DNA of 33,744 nucleotides from an uncultured virus (IMG/VR IMGVR_UViG_3300025010_002040) (Duplodnaviria; Heunggongvirae; Uroviricota; Caudoviricetes): IMG/VR virus record IMGVR_UViG_3300025010_002040; one strand, 5' to 3'. Shown piece by piece: positions 9,631 to 16,936 of this stretch (position 1 is its first letter; each line of letters starts with the position of its first letter). The notes under the pieces were generated by a model. It saw only the letters and a program-made list of their open reading frames with translations, ran no database searches and was not told where the DNA came from. The position numbers and the translations under genes were made by a program.

Positions 9631-9830
9631 TTAGAGGATAACTCTAAATATTACCAAGAAACTGACCATACAGGTAAAAGGCTTTTAAACTGAGAGAACA
9701 GGTCAAACTCGAAAGAAATCACTACTCATCGACAGAGGTAAAAACGTCGGACATAGAACTAGAAACTGACTAGGTAAAAAAAGGTATGTCGGGTAATGCA
9801 AAGTTAAATTTTTGCATTGCTTTTTGTTTT
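9631..9830 (+). ncRNA. Putative structured sRNA/leader with four AGGU(A/C)AAA-loop hairpins
   Basis: Bounded by a promoter and an intrinsic terminator; repeated AAACTGA...AGGTAAAA units with different but pairable stems; no ORF. Confidence 0.6.
9793..9830 (+). terminator. Intrinsic terminator / attenuator
   Basis: GTAATGCAAAG-TTAAAT-TTTTGCATTGC followed by TTTTTGTTTT. Confidence 0.8.
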
Positions 9831-9865
9831 ATCAATGCATAACCTCTAGAAAAAGGTGAAATGCT

Positions 9866-9958
9866 GTGAGTCTAGATTCTTTAAGAGTAGTGATTTCTTT
9901 AATAGGTTTATTGGTCTCAATTCTCAATCTATTACTTAATTGCAAGAAGAAAAAGTAA
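9866..9958 (+). CDS. 30-aa hydrophobic peptide, type I toxin / holin-like toxin candidate (not in ORF track)
   Basis: AAAGGTG RBS, 7 nt, GTG; MSLDSLRVVISLIGLLVSILNLLLNCKKKK* has one TM helix and a poly-Lys tail. Confidence 0.7.
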   Translation: MSLDSLRVVISLIGLLVSILNLLLNCKKKK

Positions 9959-9967
9959 CTGTAAATT

Positions 9968-10015
9968 AACAATGTTTAGTTGAAATGAATAATTCAATTC
10001 AAACATTGTTTTTTT
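9968..10015 (+). terminator. Terminator after the small peptide gene
   Basis: AACAATGTTT...TTGAA...TTCAA...AAACATTGTT followed by a T-run. Confidence 0.7.
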
Positions 10016-10019
10016 ATTG

Positions 10020-10041
10020 AAAAAAGCCACTATAGTGACTT
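10020..10041 (-). terminator. Intrinsic terminator after the 394-aa gene
   Basis: AGTCAC-TATA-GTGGCT-TTTTT on minus strand. Confidence 0.7.
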
Positions 10042-11216
10042 TATCCTTTTTTGGCAACATGATTCAAATATAGTGCTGCTGATACTAAAAGTTGTATCTC
10101 CTTGAATGGCATATGATAATCTATTTCTACATAATCATCAGCCAATACTGATTTGAATATCTTCAATTGTTGAAATCCCCATTCAACATTAGACTCAGTA
10201 TTTGGATCATATGGACTTGATTGATCGAAATTATACACATTAGGACCATACTCTTCAATCAAATACAATCTGATTTTTTCTAACATATAATGGGCCATTG
10301 GAATATCAGTCTTCCATTGAAAACTCAAAGCAGACATAAATACATGATTGTAATGTGAGTCATCCATTATCTGGTACAAGGCTATAAACTCACTAATCGC
10401 AGTTATAATAAAGTCTTTCAGCTTATCAACAGCATTCTGATTTTTCTCATTTGATGTTTGATATTTTAAAGTATAGATGATCTCATCAATGTAGTTAATA
10501 AGTGAGTCATCATATCTTCTAACCGCTGCTTGTTTTAAATTTGACAACGTTTGAATTGGATCTTCTAAAATTTCTATAACATCACTAATTTGTTGATCAT
10601 TATGATTTGTAACCTCTTCTTGTAGATAATCATTTAAGTAATCAACTAAATCGTATCTGCTCTCAACAAACCTAATGAGCTGCAACTTAGGAATTCTAAT
10701 AGTATTCATATCATTCTCTTCTATCGAGGAATAAACACTAATGGTGATATAGTTTTCCTGAAATAATGAATGGTTCATTATGTACGGTGAGTATTGGGTT
10801 TCACCCTTTTTCACATATGGACTTGCATGCGCAGTTTCAATTGAATGGGCAAATGATAAAGCTCTTAGGTGTTTAAAGAACTTATTATCTGTTCCTCGTC
10901 CATCGCCTAGTTGATTAAATATATCAATTTTATCTTTTAGTGGATTATCAATTCCTAGCTTATCAAAGAGCTTATTAATTGATTCAACAATAATATCAGT
11001 ATGAACTATAAATAAAATTAAATTATCAGTTGAGCGGGTATCTTCAGCAAGAAAATCATGAGCAGTTAGAGATTTTATTGAGTCGTCTATCCTATCCATA
11101 AATGCACAGATTAAGTTCCAATTATTGGCGTGCTTTTCATCTCTATAAAAAATGGGTGATGAATTAATGAGTTCTCTAAACCTATTTATTTTGCTTTCAT
11201 CTAAAAAGGGTTTCAT
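10041..11216 (-). CDS. Moron: hypothetical protein with a HEPN-like R-x5-H motif
   Basis: Long ORF, likely ATG at 11216 after AGGTG; predicted helical N-domain containing FFKHLRALSFAH. The HEPN assignment is tentative. Confidence 0.7.
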   Translation of the reverse strand: MKPFLDESKINRFRELINSSPIFYRDEKHANNWNLICAFMDRIDDSIKSLTAHDFLAEDTRSTDNLILFIVHTDIIVESINKLFDKLGIDNPLKDKIDIFNQLGDGRGTDNKFFKHLRALSFAHSIETAHASPYVKKGETQYSPYIMNHSLFQENYITISVYSSIEENDMNTIRIPKLQLIRFVESRYDLVDYLNDYLQEEVTNHNDQQISDVIEILEDPIQTLSNLKQAAVRRYDDSLINYIDEIIYTLKYQTSNEKNQNAVDKLKDFIITAISEFIALYQIMDDSHYNHVFMSALSFQWKTDIPMAHYMLEKIRLYLIEEYGPNVYNFDQSSPYDPNTESNVEWGFQQLKIFKSVLADDYVEIDYHMPFKEIQLLVSAALYLNHVAKKG

Positions 11217-11269
11217 ATTCTGCACCTAAATTCCAAATTTTCAAAAAAATTGCCATCCATTTTTTAAAA

Positions 11270-11319
11270 GCCCACCCATGCGGTACCCTGGGTAATTATT
11301 TCAATATTAAGAGGGGGGG
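11270..11319 (-). other. Candidate cos (packaging) region
   Basis: GC-rich island CCCCCCC...GGGTACCGCATGGGTGGGC-TTTT between HNH and terS, the usual cos position in HK97-like phages. Confidence 0.5.
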
Positions 11320-11909
11320 TTATAGTTTTTTATAGCATTAATTCTTAATTCTAATGACTTTCTTCGAACTATTTCAAATTCTGAATGTGCATCTGCTTGC
11401 ATGTTAGAACGTGTAATTAAATACTCTAACGATTTTATGAATGTATTTTTATTTTTCATAAGTTTTACTGCCTCTAAATCAGCTTCATGTTCATGTTGAT
11501 TAACCTTACCCTCGTTAACCTCTTTTACTATTTCTTCATAGGATAGATTCGAATATCCTTTTCCATTCTCTATGCAAATAACATGACCAACTTCATGGGC
11601 AATGTACCATCTGAATGCTTGCTCATCCATCCTTTTATAGGTCTCATAATCAAATATTATTATATATTCTTTCTTATCCTTTGATTCAGTTTGTGCAATT
11701 AAAGGTATCTTTGTTTCATTCATATTTTCATCGGTGCCTTCTATAACAGCAAGTACAATATTTTTATCATTGTATTTAATATAACCAATCTCAAATACGT
11801 CGTATTTTTCATCTTTTGAAACTCTTATCTCTATTGTTCTTTCAAAACTTGAATAAAATTCTGCTTTGAGATTTCCTATATTAAAGTCCTTAACATTCAG
11901 TGTTTTCAC
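11307..11909 (-). CDS. Moron: zinc metallopeptidase (HExxH; M48/ImmA-IrrE-like)
   Basis: AHEVGH...EHEAD motif; GTG start with AAGGAG RBS; TGGTATAAT at 11947-11939. Confidence 0.75.
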   Translation of the reverse strand: MKTLNVKDFNIGNLKAEFYSSFERTIEIRVSKDEKYDVFEIGYIKYNDKNIVLAVIEGTDENMNETKIPLIAQTESKDKKEYIIIFDYETYKRMDEQAFRWYIAHEVGHVICIENGKGYSNLSYEEIVKEVNEGKVNQHEHEADLEAVKLMKNKNTFIKSLEYLITRSNMQADAHSEFEIVRRKSLELRINAIKNYNPPS

Positions 11910-11948
11910 AAGATTGGGTCTCCTTTTTACTTTGTTTTATTATACCAG

Positions 11949-12242
11949 TTATACTATGAAATTCCCATCGGAATCAAATAATACTTCTTTCTTTTTAAAT
12001 CTTTCATGTTCTTCATTATGACAATCCCTACATAACAACTCCAGATTATCTTGATTCAGACTTATGTTGGTGTCATTGACATTATCAACTGTTAACCTAA
12101 TCTTATGGTGTACCTCTTCACCAATTGCACCACACCGCTCACACTTGCCCTGTGTGGCGTTTGTTTTGATATTGCGAGCAACAAGCCAAGCCTTCGATTT
12201 ATAGAACCTGTGTAGCTCTTTTGGTTTTCTCATAAGATTCAC
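11949..12242 (-). CDS. Terminase-associated HNH endonuclease (HK97 gp74-like)
   Basis: FYKSKAW, CERC, VHH and NLELLCRDCHN motifs. Confidence 0.92.
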   Translation of the reverse strand: MNLMRKPKELHRFYKSKAWLVARNIKTNATQGKCERCGAIGEEVHHKIRLTVDNVNDTNISLNQDNLELLCRDCHNEEHERFKKKEVLFDSDGNFIV

Positions 12243-13347
12243 TTAGTTGTTTTGCTTTAGCGTCTACTTGTTCCCAAGCAACATCAAGATCCACACGTCC
12301 AATATGTCCATAAGCTGCTAAGGGTTTAAACTTCACCTTGTCCAGGTTTAATTCTTTGATAATACTTGATGGTGTAAAGTTGAAGTTCTCTTTAATCAAC
12401 TTCAATAGAACCTCATCCGAAGTAACCCCTGTTCCAAAGGTATCAACCGATACACTTACTGGGTTTGCTACTCCGATGGAATAGGACACACTAACTTCGC
12501 ACCTGTCTGCCAAATTAGCCGCTACAAGGGCTTTTGCTACAAATCTAGCATAGTAAGCCGCACTGCGGTCTACCTTGCTCACATCTTTGCCAGAAAATGC
12601 ACCACCGCCATGTTTAGCATAACCACCATAGGTATCAACAATAATCTTTCTACCTGTTAATCCAGAATCTCCATATGGTCCACCAACGACAAAAGCACCT
12701 GTTGGATTGATTAAGACTTGAATGTGAGAAAGATCTTCACCGATGAGTGGTTTCAATACTTCATCTAAGATTATCTCTTTAGCATAATCTAATTGAATGC
12801 CATGTTTTGTTTGAGCAGACACTACGATTGTTTCATATGCAATCGGTTCATCGTTCTCATAAACAACAGAAACTTGACACTTACCATCTGGTCCAAACAC
12901 GTGGCCATACTTTGCCTTTCTAAGCTCGTCAATGCTTCTTGCGATGTCATGTGCCACTACGATTGGTAAAGGCATTAATTCAGGCGTTTCTTTGCAAGCG
13001 TAGCCAAACATTAAGCCCTGATCACCTGCACCTTGTTCATGATCATTCGTATGATTCACACCAAGTGCAATATCATCTGATTGTTTGGATATCTTTTCAA
13101 TCACATCGAATGGATCATCATATCCGATTTCTTTTAATGTGTCTAGTACCACTTCTTTATAATTCACTGAAGCTTTAGATGTGACCTCACCAAAGATAAA
13201 AACAACATCATCTTTGATGGCTGTTTCTACTGCTACTCTTGCATTTCTGTCTTGTTCTAAATGTGCATCTAAGATTGCATCACTAATTTGGTCACATATT
13301 TTATCTGGGTGTCCTTTAAAGACAGATTCACTTGTTATAATTTTCAT
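12199..13347 (-). CDS. metK: S-adenosylmethionine synthetase (phage-borne)
   Basis: SESVFKGHPDKICDQISDA, GAGDQG and GGGAFSGKD signatures. Confidence 0.97.
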   Translation of the reverse strand: MKIITSESVFKGHPDKICDQISDAILDAHLEQDRNARVAVETAIKDDVVFIFGEVTSKASVNYKEVVLDTLKEIGYDDPFDVIEKISKQSDDIALGVNHTNDHEQGAGDQGLMFGYACKETPELMPLPIVVAHDIARSIDELRKAKYGHVFGPDGKCQVSVVYENDEPIAYETIVVSAQTKHGIQLDYAKEIILDEVLKPLIGEDLSHIQVLINPTGAFVVGGPYGDSGLTGRKIIVDTYGGYAKHGGGAFSGKDVSKVDRSAAYYARFVAKALVAANLADRCEVSVSYSIGVANPVSVSVDTFGTGVTSDEVLLKLIKENFNFTPSSIIKELNLDKVKFKPLAAYGHIGRVDLDVAWEQVDAKAKQLSESYEKTKRATQVL

Positions 13348-13371
13348 TTGTTATCCTCGCTTTAAATAGTT

Positions 13372-13396
13372 AAAAAGGAAGCTTGCTCGCTTCCTT
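13372..13396 (-). terminator. Intrinsic terminator closing the four-gene cassette
   Basis: AAGGAAGC-GAGCAA-GCTTCCTT-TTT on minus strand. Confidence 0.75.
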
Positions 13397-13700
13397 AGTT
13401 TTCTGTTTTGTTTTTGATGAGTGGTATGAATGCTGCATACCTTGCGTAATGATATCCTTCACTTTCAACCAGGATACCAAAGTCATGTTTATCCGATGTG
13501 ACTAACAAGCAGTGAAATATACCTTCCTTATCGCAATACATCAGTTCTAGATGTTCTTTGATGAAATCATAGTCGTTTAATGGGTCTCTGATGAATCCTT
13601 CAAATACTTCACTTTCTAGGATTATTGTTTTTTCGACTATAAATTCGTCTTGAGGGATAAGTTCCTCTGGTGTTGGTTTTCTTATAAAATTTACTTTCAT
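13395..13700 (-). CDS. DUF6329-like protein, paralog 1
   Basis: DYDFI...MY...HCLLV...GILVESEGYHYARYAA. Confidence 0.75.
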   Translation of the reverse strand: MKVNFIRKPTPEELIPQDEFIVEKTIILESEVFEGFIRDPLNDYDFIKEHLELMYCDKEGIFHCLLVTSDKHDFGILVESEGYHYARYAAFIPLIKNKTEN

Positions 13701-14083
13701 GTTGTTTCCTCGTCAATTCTCCATGCTGTATAAACACTTCTATAGGTGCAATCCCAAATGTCTAGTATGACACCATCTTTACAAACACTAATATGTCCTG
13801 CCATCTTTAATATAAACGTTCCTTTTGGATGTAGTTGTGCAAAGCCTGTACCTTTAATCCTGGGTTCACCCTTAACCGCTTTAAAAATGTATCTTGGTCG
13901 ATTCTCTAAATACTTATAGATAAACTCTGTATCCTTGTAACTGGTGAAACTCCATTCACGTTTTTTCTGATTGAGTTCTCTTCTTGTTTCCATGTAGTCT
14001 TTATCAAATGCTGTTGAAATTGCTCTGACCACACAGTCACCAGTTTTGATGCCTTTGGGATGTCTGTTGTAATAGTTATACAT
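13697..14083 (-). CDS. Hypothetical phage protein with papain-like Cys/His/Asp pattern
   Basis: NRHPKG..TGDCVVRAIS...GHISVCKDG.ILDIWD. Confidence 0.7.
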   Translation of the reverse strand: MYNYYNRHPKGIKTGDCVVRAISTAFDKDYMETRRELNQKKREWSFTSYKDTEFIYKYLENRPRYIFKAVKGEPRIKGTGFAQLHPKGTFILKMAGHISVCKDGVILDIWDCTYRSVYTAWRIDEETT

Positions 14084-14516
14084 GCGTATCCCACCCTTCG
14101 TTTAACCACTTAACAAGTTCTTTAACTGAGTCCGTTGAGAATACAACTTTTTCATAGTGTGTTAATCGTTCATAGACTGTGTACGTCTTATCATGCCATG
14201 GCGAGTTAAGTTGAACGACAATCAATGTAACATCGGATTCTAAATCTGCAATTCTAAAATCATCATAAAGACTACCTTGAAGTGGACAATTGTTCTTGAA
14301 CCAGACATAACTGTTATCTAGATCAACCTTGCCGCCTGGTTTAATTTGCTTGATGATATTGCCCATGCGTTTGGTTTTATTCTTTAAACTTGAGTCTTTA
14401 CAAAACCAATCGTACCAGCCAGCTTTGATTTGAACTTTTACATCACTTGATTCAAAGCTTCCACTATTGAACGCTTGAATCCAATCTTTAAGCGGTTGTT
14501 GTTTTTCCATCATCAA
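14076..14516 (-). CDS. Hypothetical phage protein
   Basis: GWYDWFC, YVWFKNNCP and LYDDFRI motifs; overlaps its neighbours. Confidence 0.75.
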   Translation of the reverse strand: MMMEKQQPLKDWIQAFNSGSFESSDVKVQIKAGWYDWFCKDSSLKNKTKRMGNIIKQIKPGGKVDLDNSYVWFKNNCPLQGSLYDDFRIADLESDVTLIVVQLNSPWHDKTYTVYERLTHYEKVVFSTDSVKELVKWLNEGWDTHV

Positions 14517-14814
14517 ATCCTCCTATCTCACTTTTTCTAATAAATGCGGAGTATCTAGCATAATTCGAACCATCTGCCTGTACTAGGATTCCATAATCTA
14601 ATGCTTTAGTTGTTACTAAAATTGCGTGCCACACGTTTTTGCTGTCTGTGTACATTAAATCCTTGTGAGCTTTTATGAAATCATAATCGCCAAGCATATC
14701 ATCTAAGAACTTATTAAACTGTCTTTGTGATATCTCGACAACTTTCTCAACTACAAAATCATCCTGTGGAATAATCTGTTCTTTGAATGCTCTCGTTTCA
14801 AATTTGACTTTCAT
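14488..14814 (-). CDS. DUF6329-like protein, paralog 2
   Basis: Aligns end to end with 13395..13700 (IPQDDF, DYDFIK, GILV, YARYSAF). Confidence 0.75.
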   Translation of the reverse strand: MKVKFETRAFKEQIIPQDDFVVEKVVEISQRQFNKFLDDMLGDYDFIKAHKDLMYTDSKNVWHAILVTTKALDYGILVQADGSNYARYSAFIRKSEIGGFDDGKTTTA

Positions 14815-14843
14815 CGCTATTGCCTCTTTCCTAACCTTTTTTG

Positions 14844-14885
14844 GTTACTACTATATATCACTCTAAAGGCATCAAATAGCAAGTC
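14844..14885 (-). promoter_or_regulatory. Conserved upstream motif, copy 1 (GACTTGCTATT-N3-TGCyTTTwGAGTGATrTATA)
   Basis: Near-identical to 28398..28438 upstream of the serine integrase. Confidence 0.65.
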
Positions 14886-14905
14886 AATTCGACATGATTT
14901 GCTCA

Positions 14906-16117
14906 CTATAGTGACAATATCTGAAAGTCGTTGATTTGGCTAAGTAGTATCTCTTTTCCATTACGAATGAGATAACAATCATCAAGCGATACTTTGTACT
15001 TTAAATAGCGTTTTACAATCACGTCCACAAATCGTTCATCCAGTTCCATGATTCTTGCTCTTCTTTGAAGCTGATCAGATGCGATCATGGTTGATCCAGA
15101 ACCACCAAATAAATCTAAGACTATCTCATTCACTCTAGATGAGTTTGCGATAGCTTTACCGACGAGTTCTAACGGTTTCATTGTAGGATGTTCTTCATTT
15201 CGTTTTGGTTTGTTATATTCCCAGATGGTATCTTGAGTACGGTCATCCACAAAGTAATGAGCAGCACCTTCTCTCCAACCATAAAGAATAGGTTCATGTC
15301 GCCAGTGATAATCTTGTCTACCTAAAACAAGTGCATTCTTTACCCAGATAAGACACTCTGCAAGTTTATACCCAGCATTCTTGAAAGCATTTCTAAAGTT
15401 GATGCCTTCTGTGTCTGCATGACATACATAAATAGCACCACCTGGTTTCGTATGCTCAAACATATTCTCAAAGGCTTTATAAAGAAAAAGATAGAAGGTA
15501 TTATCTTCCATCTTATCGTTCATTATTTTTCCAGCTGTACCTTCATAATCGACATTGTATGGTGGATCTGTAAAAACTAAATCTATCCGATCATCTTGGA
15601 TCAGTTTCTTAACATCAGTTTTTTCTGTTGAGTCGCCACACATCACTCGGTGATTACCTAAGATATAAACATCACCTTTTTGTGAATAAGGCGCATCTGA
15701 TAGATCATCTGTTGGATCAAAGTCATCATCGGTTGCATTATCTGGTACATTAGCTTCTAGTTCCTCAAATCCAAAGAGTGACATATCCATTTCAATGTTT
15801 GCTAGTTCTTCTTCAAGTTTAGCAAAGTCCCAAGTCGCAAGCTCAGCAGTTTTGTTATCTGCAAGTCTGAATGCTTTGATTTGTTCTTCTGTTAAATCAT
15901 CAGCAATAATACAAGGCACTTCATCTAGTCCAAGCTTAAGACTTGCCTTTAGTCTTGTATGTCCTGCAATAATGACATGATCTTTTGTGATCACAATTGG
16001 AACTTTAAATCCAAACTCCTCAATACTCTTAGCGACCGCATCAATTGCAGCATCATTGTTTCTTGGATTGTTTTCGTACTCTTGGAGTACTGATACTTTC
16101 TTCATCACGATATTCAT
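14906..16117 (-). CDS. ParB-like N-domain fused to N6/N4 DNA methyltransferase (beta class)
   Basis: NNPR, IIAGHTR and RLADN (ParB); TDPPYNV, HPTMKP and DLFGGSGST (MTase). Confidence 0.93.
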   Translation of the reverse strand: MNIVMKKVSVLQEYENNPRNNDAAIDAVAKSIEEFGFKVPIVITKDHVIIAGHTRLKASLKLGLDEVPCIIADDLTEEQIKAFRLADNKTAELATWDFAKLEEELANIEMDMSLFGFEELEANVPDNATDDDFDPTDDLSDAPYSQKGDVYILGNHRVMCGDSTEKTDVKKLIQDDRIDLVFTDPPYNVDYEGTAGKIMNDKMEDNTFYLFLYKAFENMFEHTKPGGAIYVCHADTEGINFRNAFKNAGYKLAECLIWVKNALVLGRQDYHWRHEPILYGWREGAAHYFVDDRTQDTIWEYNKPKRNEEHPTMKPLELVGKAIANSSRVNEIVLDLFGGSGSTMIASDQLQRRARIMELDERFVDVIVKRYLKYKVSLDDCYLIRNGKEILLSQINDFQILSL

Positions 16118-16577
16118 TGATCCATACCTCTTCACCTTTTTCTAATCGTTTGGTCATCAGTTCTATTTCTGCTTTTTTCTCGTTATACTCAATACCGAAC
16201 TTTGTAATGAGTAAATATTTAATCGCTGTGATTTCAGGAAGCGACTGCTTCTTATACTTTGTGATACGTTTTTTAGTACCCGATTTAGTCTCTTCAATCA
16301 CAGTTTGTGTTTCTTCATATTCAAATCCAACAGCCCGTTGATACATTGCATCGACAAGCTTCTCTTTTAACTCCTCATCCCCATATTGAAATGCTTTGTT
16401 CAATTTAGGATGGGCTTTTCTTAACTTAATGAGTGTCTTTTCTGTAATACCTAAGTATTCAGCAACCTGTCTTTGAGTCGCTCTTTTAGATATCATTTCA
16501 GATATGGCTTTTAATCTACTATTTAGATGCCCAGATTCTTCCCAACGCTCATACAGATCTAGCATTTTCCCTTTCAT
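16053..16577 (-). CDS. HTH protein resembling a terminase-small-subunit N-domain
   Basis: QRQVAEYLGITEKTL...HPKL...AMYQRAVGFEYEE; first gene of the late region. Confidence 0.65.
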   Translation of the reverse strand: MKGKMLDLYERWEESGHLNSRLKAISEMISKRATQRQVAEYLGITEKTLIKLRKAHPKLNKAFQYGDEELKEKLVDAMYQRAVGFEYEETQTVIEETKSGTKKRITKYKKQSLPEITAIKYLLITKFGIEYNEKKAEIELMTKRLEKGEEVWINEYRDEESISTPRVRKQSKKQ

Positions 16578-16661
16578 TTAATCACTCCAACTGTACAACT
16601 GTCATTGCATAAAACTGTAATAGTTTACCAGTTGGAATACTACAAGTATCTCTGCAAAAAC

Positions 16662-16687
16662 AAAAAGGAACTCATTTCTGAATTCCC
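16662..16687 (-). terminator. Terminator in the leader of the late region
   Basis: GGGAATTCA-GAAA-TGAGTTCC-TTTTTGTTTTT on minus strand. Confidence 0.7.
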
Positions 16688-16936
16688 ATTATTTCTAGGC
16701 TGGTTTTAAAGCCAGTATTCCATGTTATTTATAGCATATCAAAATAGTCAACTTTTATCTATATGCTTAAAGCATAATCGATAACCTGTATCATTCTTGG
16801 TCTTTTCCAACCAATAACAACCTTTAGTTTCATATTGTATTACATTTCTTTTCGTTTCCATTTTGTTAGCCCACATACACAGATTATCGGCGCACATTTT
16901 GGTACATATCTATTTATTTTAGTATTAGTATACTTA

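Noticed and set aside
9696..9720. c-di-GMP-I riboswitch resemblance (GGTCAAAC...GAAAG)
   Set aside because: The P2 helix and the downstream GCAAA/P3 elements are missing.
9655..9790. CRISPR mini-array, TIGR array or retron msr-msd
   Set aside because: Units are short, degenerate and irregularly spaced; no cas, Tas/Nop-domain or reverse transcriptase gene is in the window.
9681..9910. Hammerhead-ribozyme-like core (CTGA-GAG...CTC-GAAA followed by a long helix with 9885-9898)
   Set aside because: The CUGANGA core lacks a nucleotide, stem II would be only 2 bp in that register, and stem I cannot form canonically. An in vitro cleavage test would settle it, but it is not supportable as a call.
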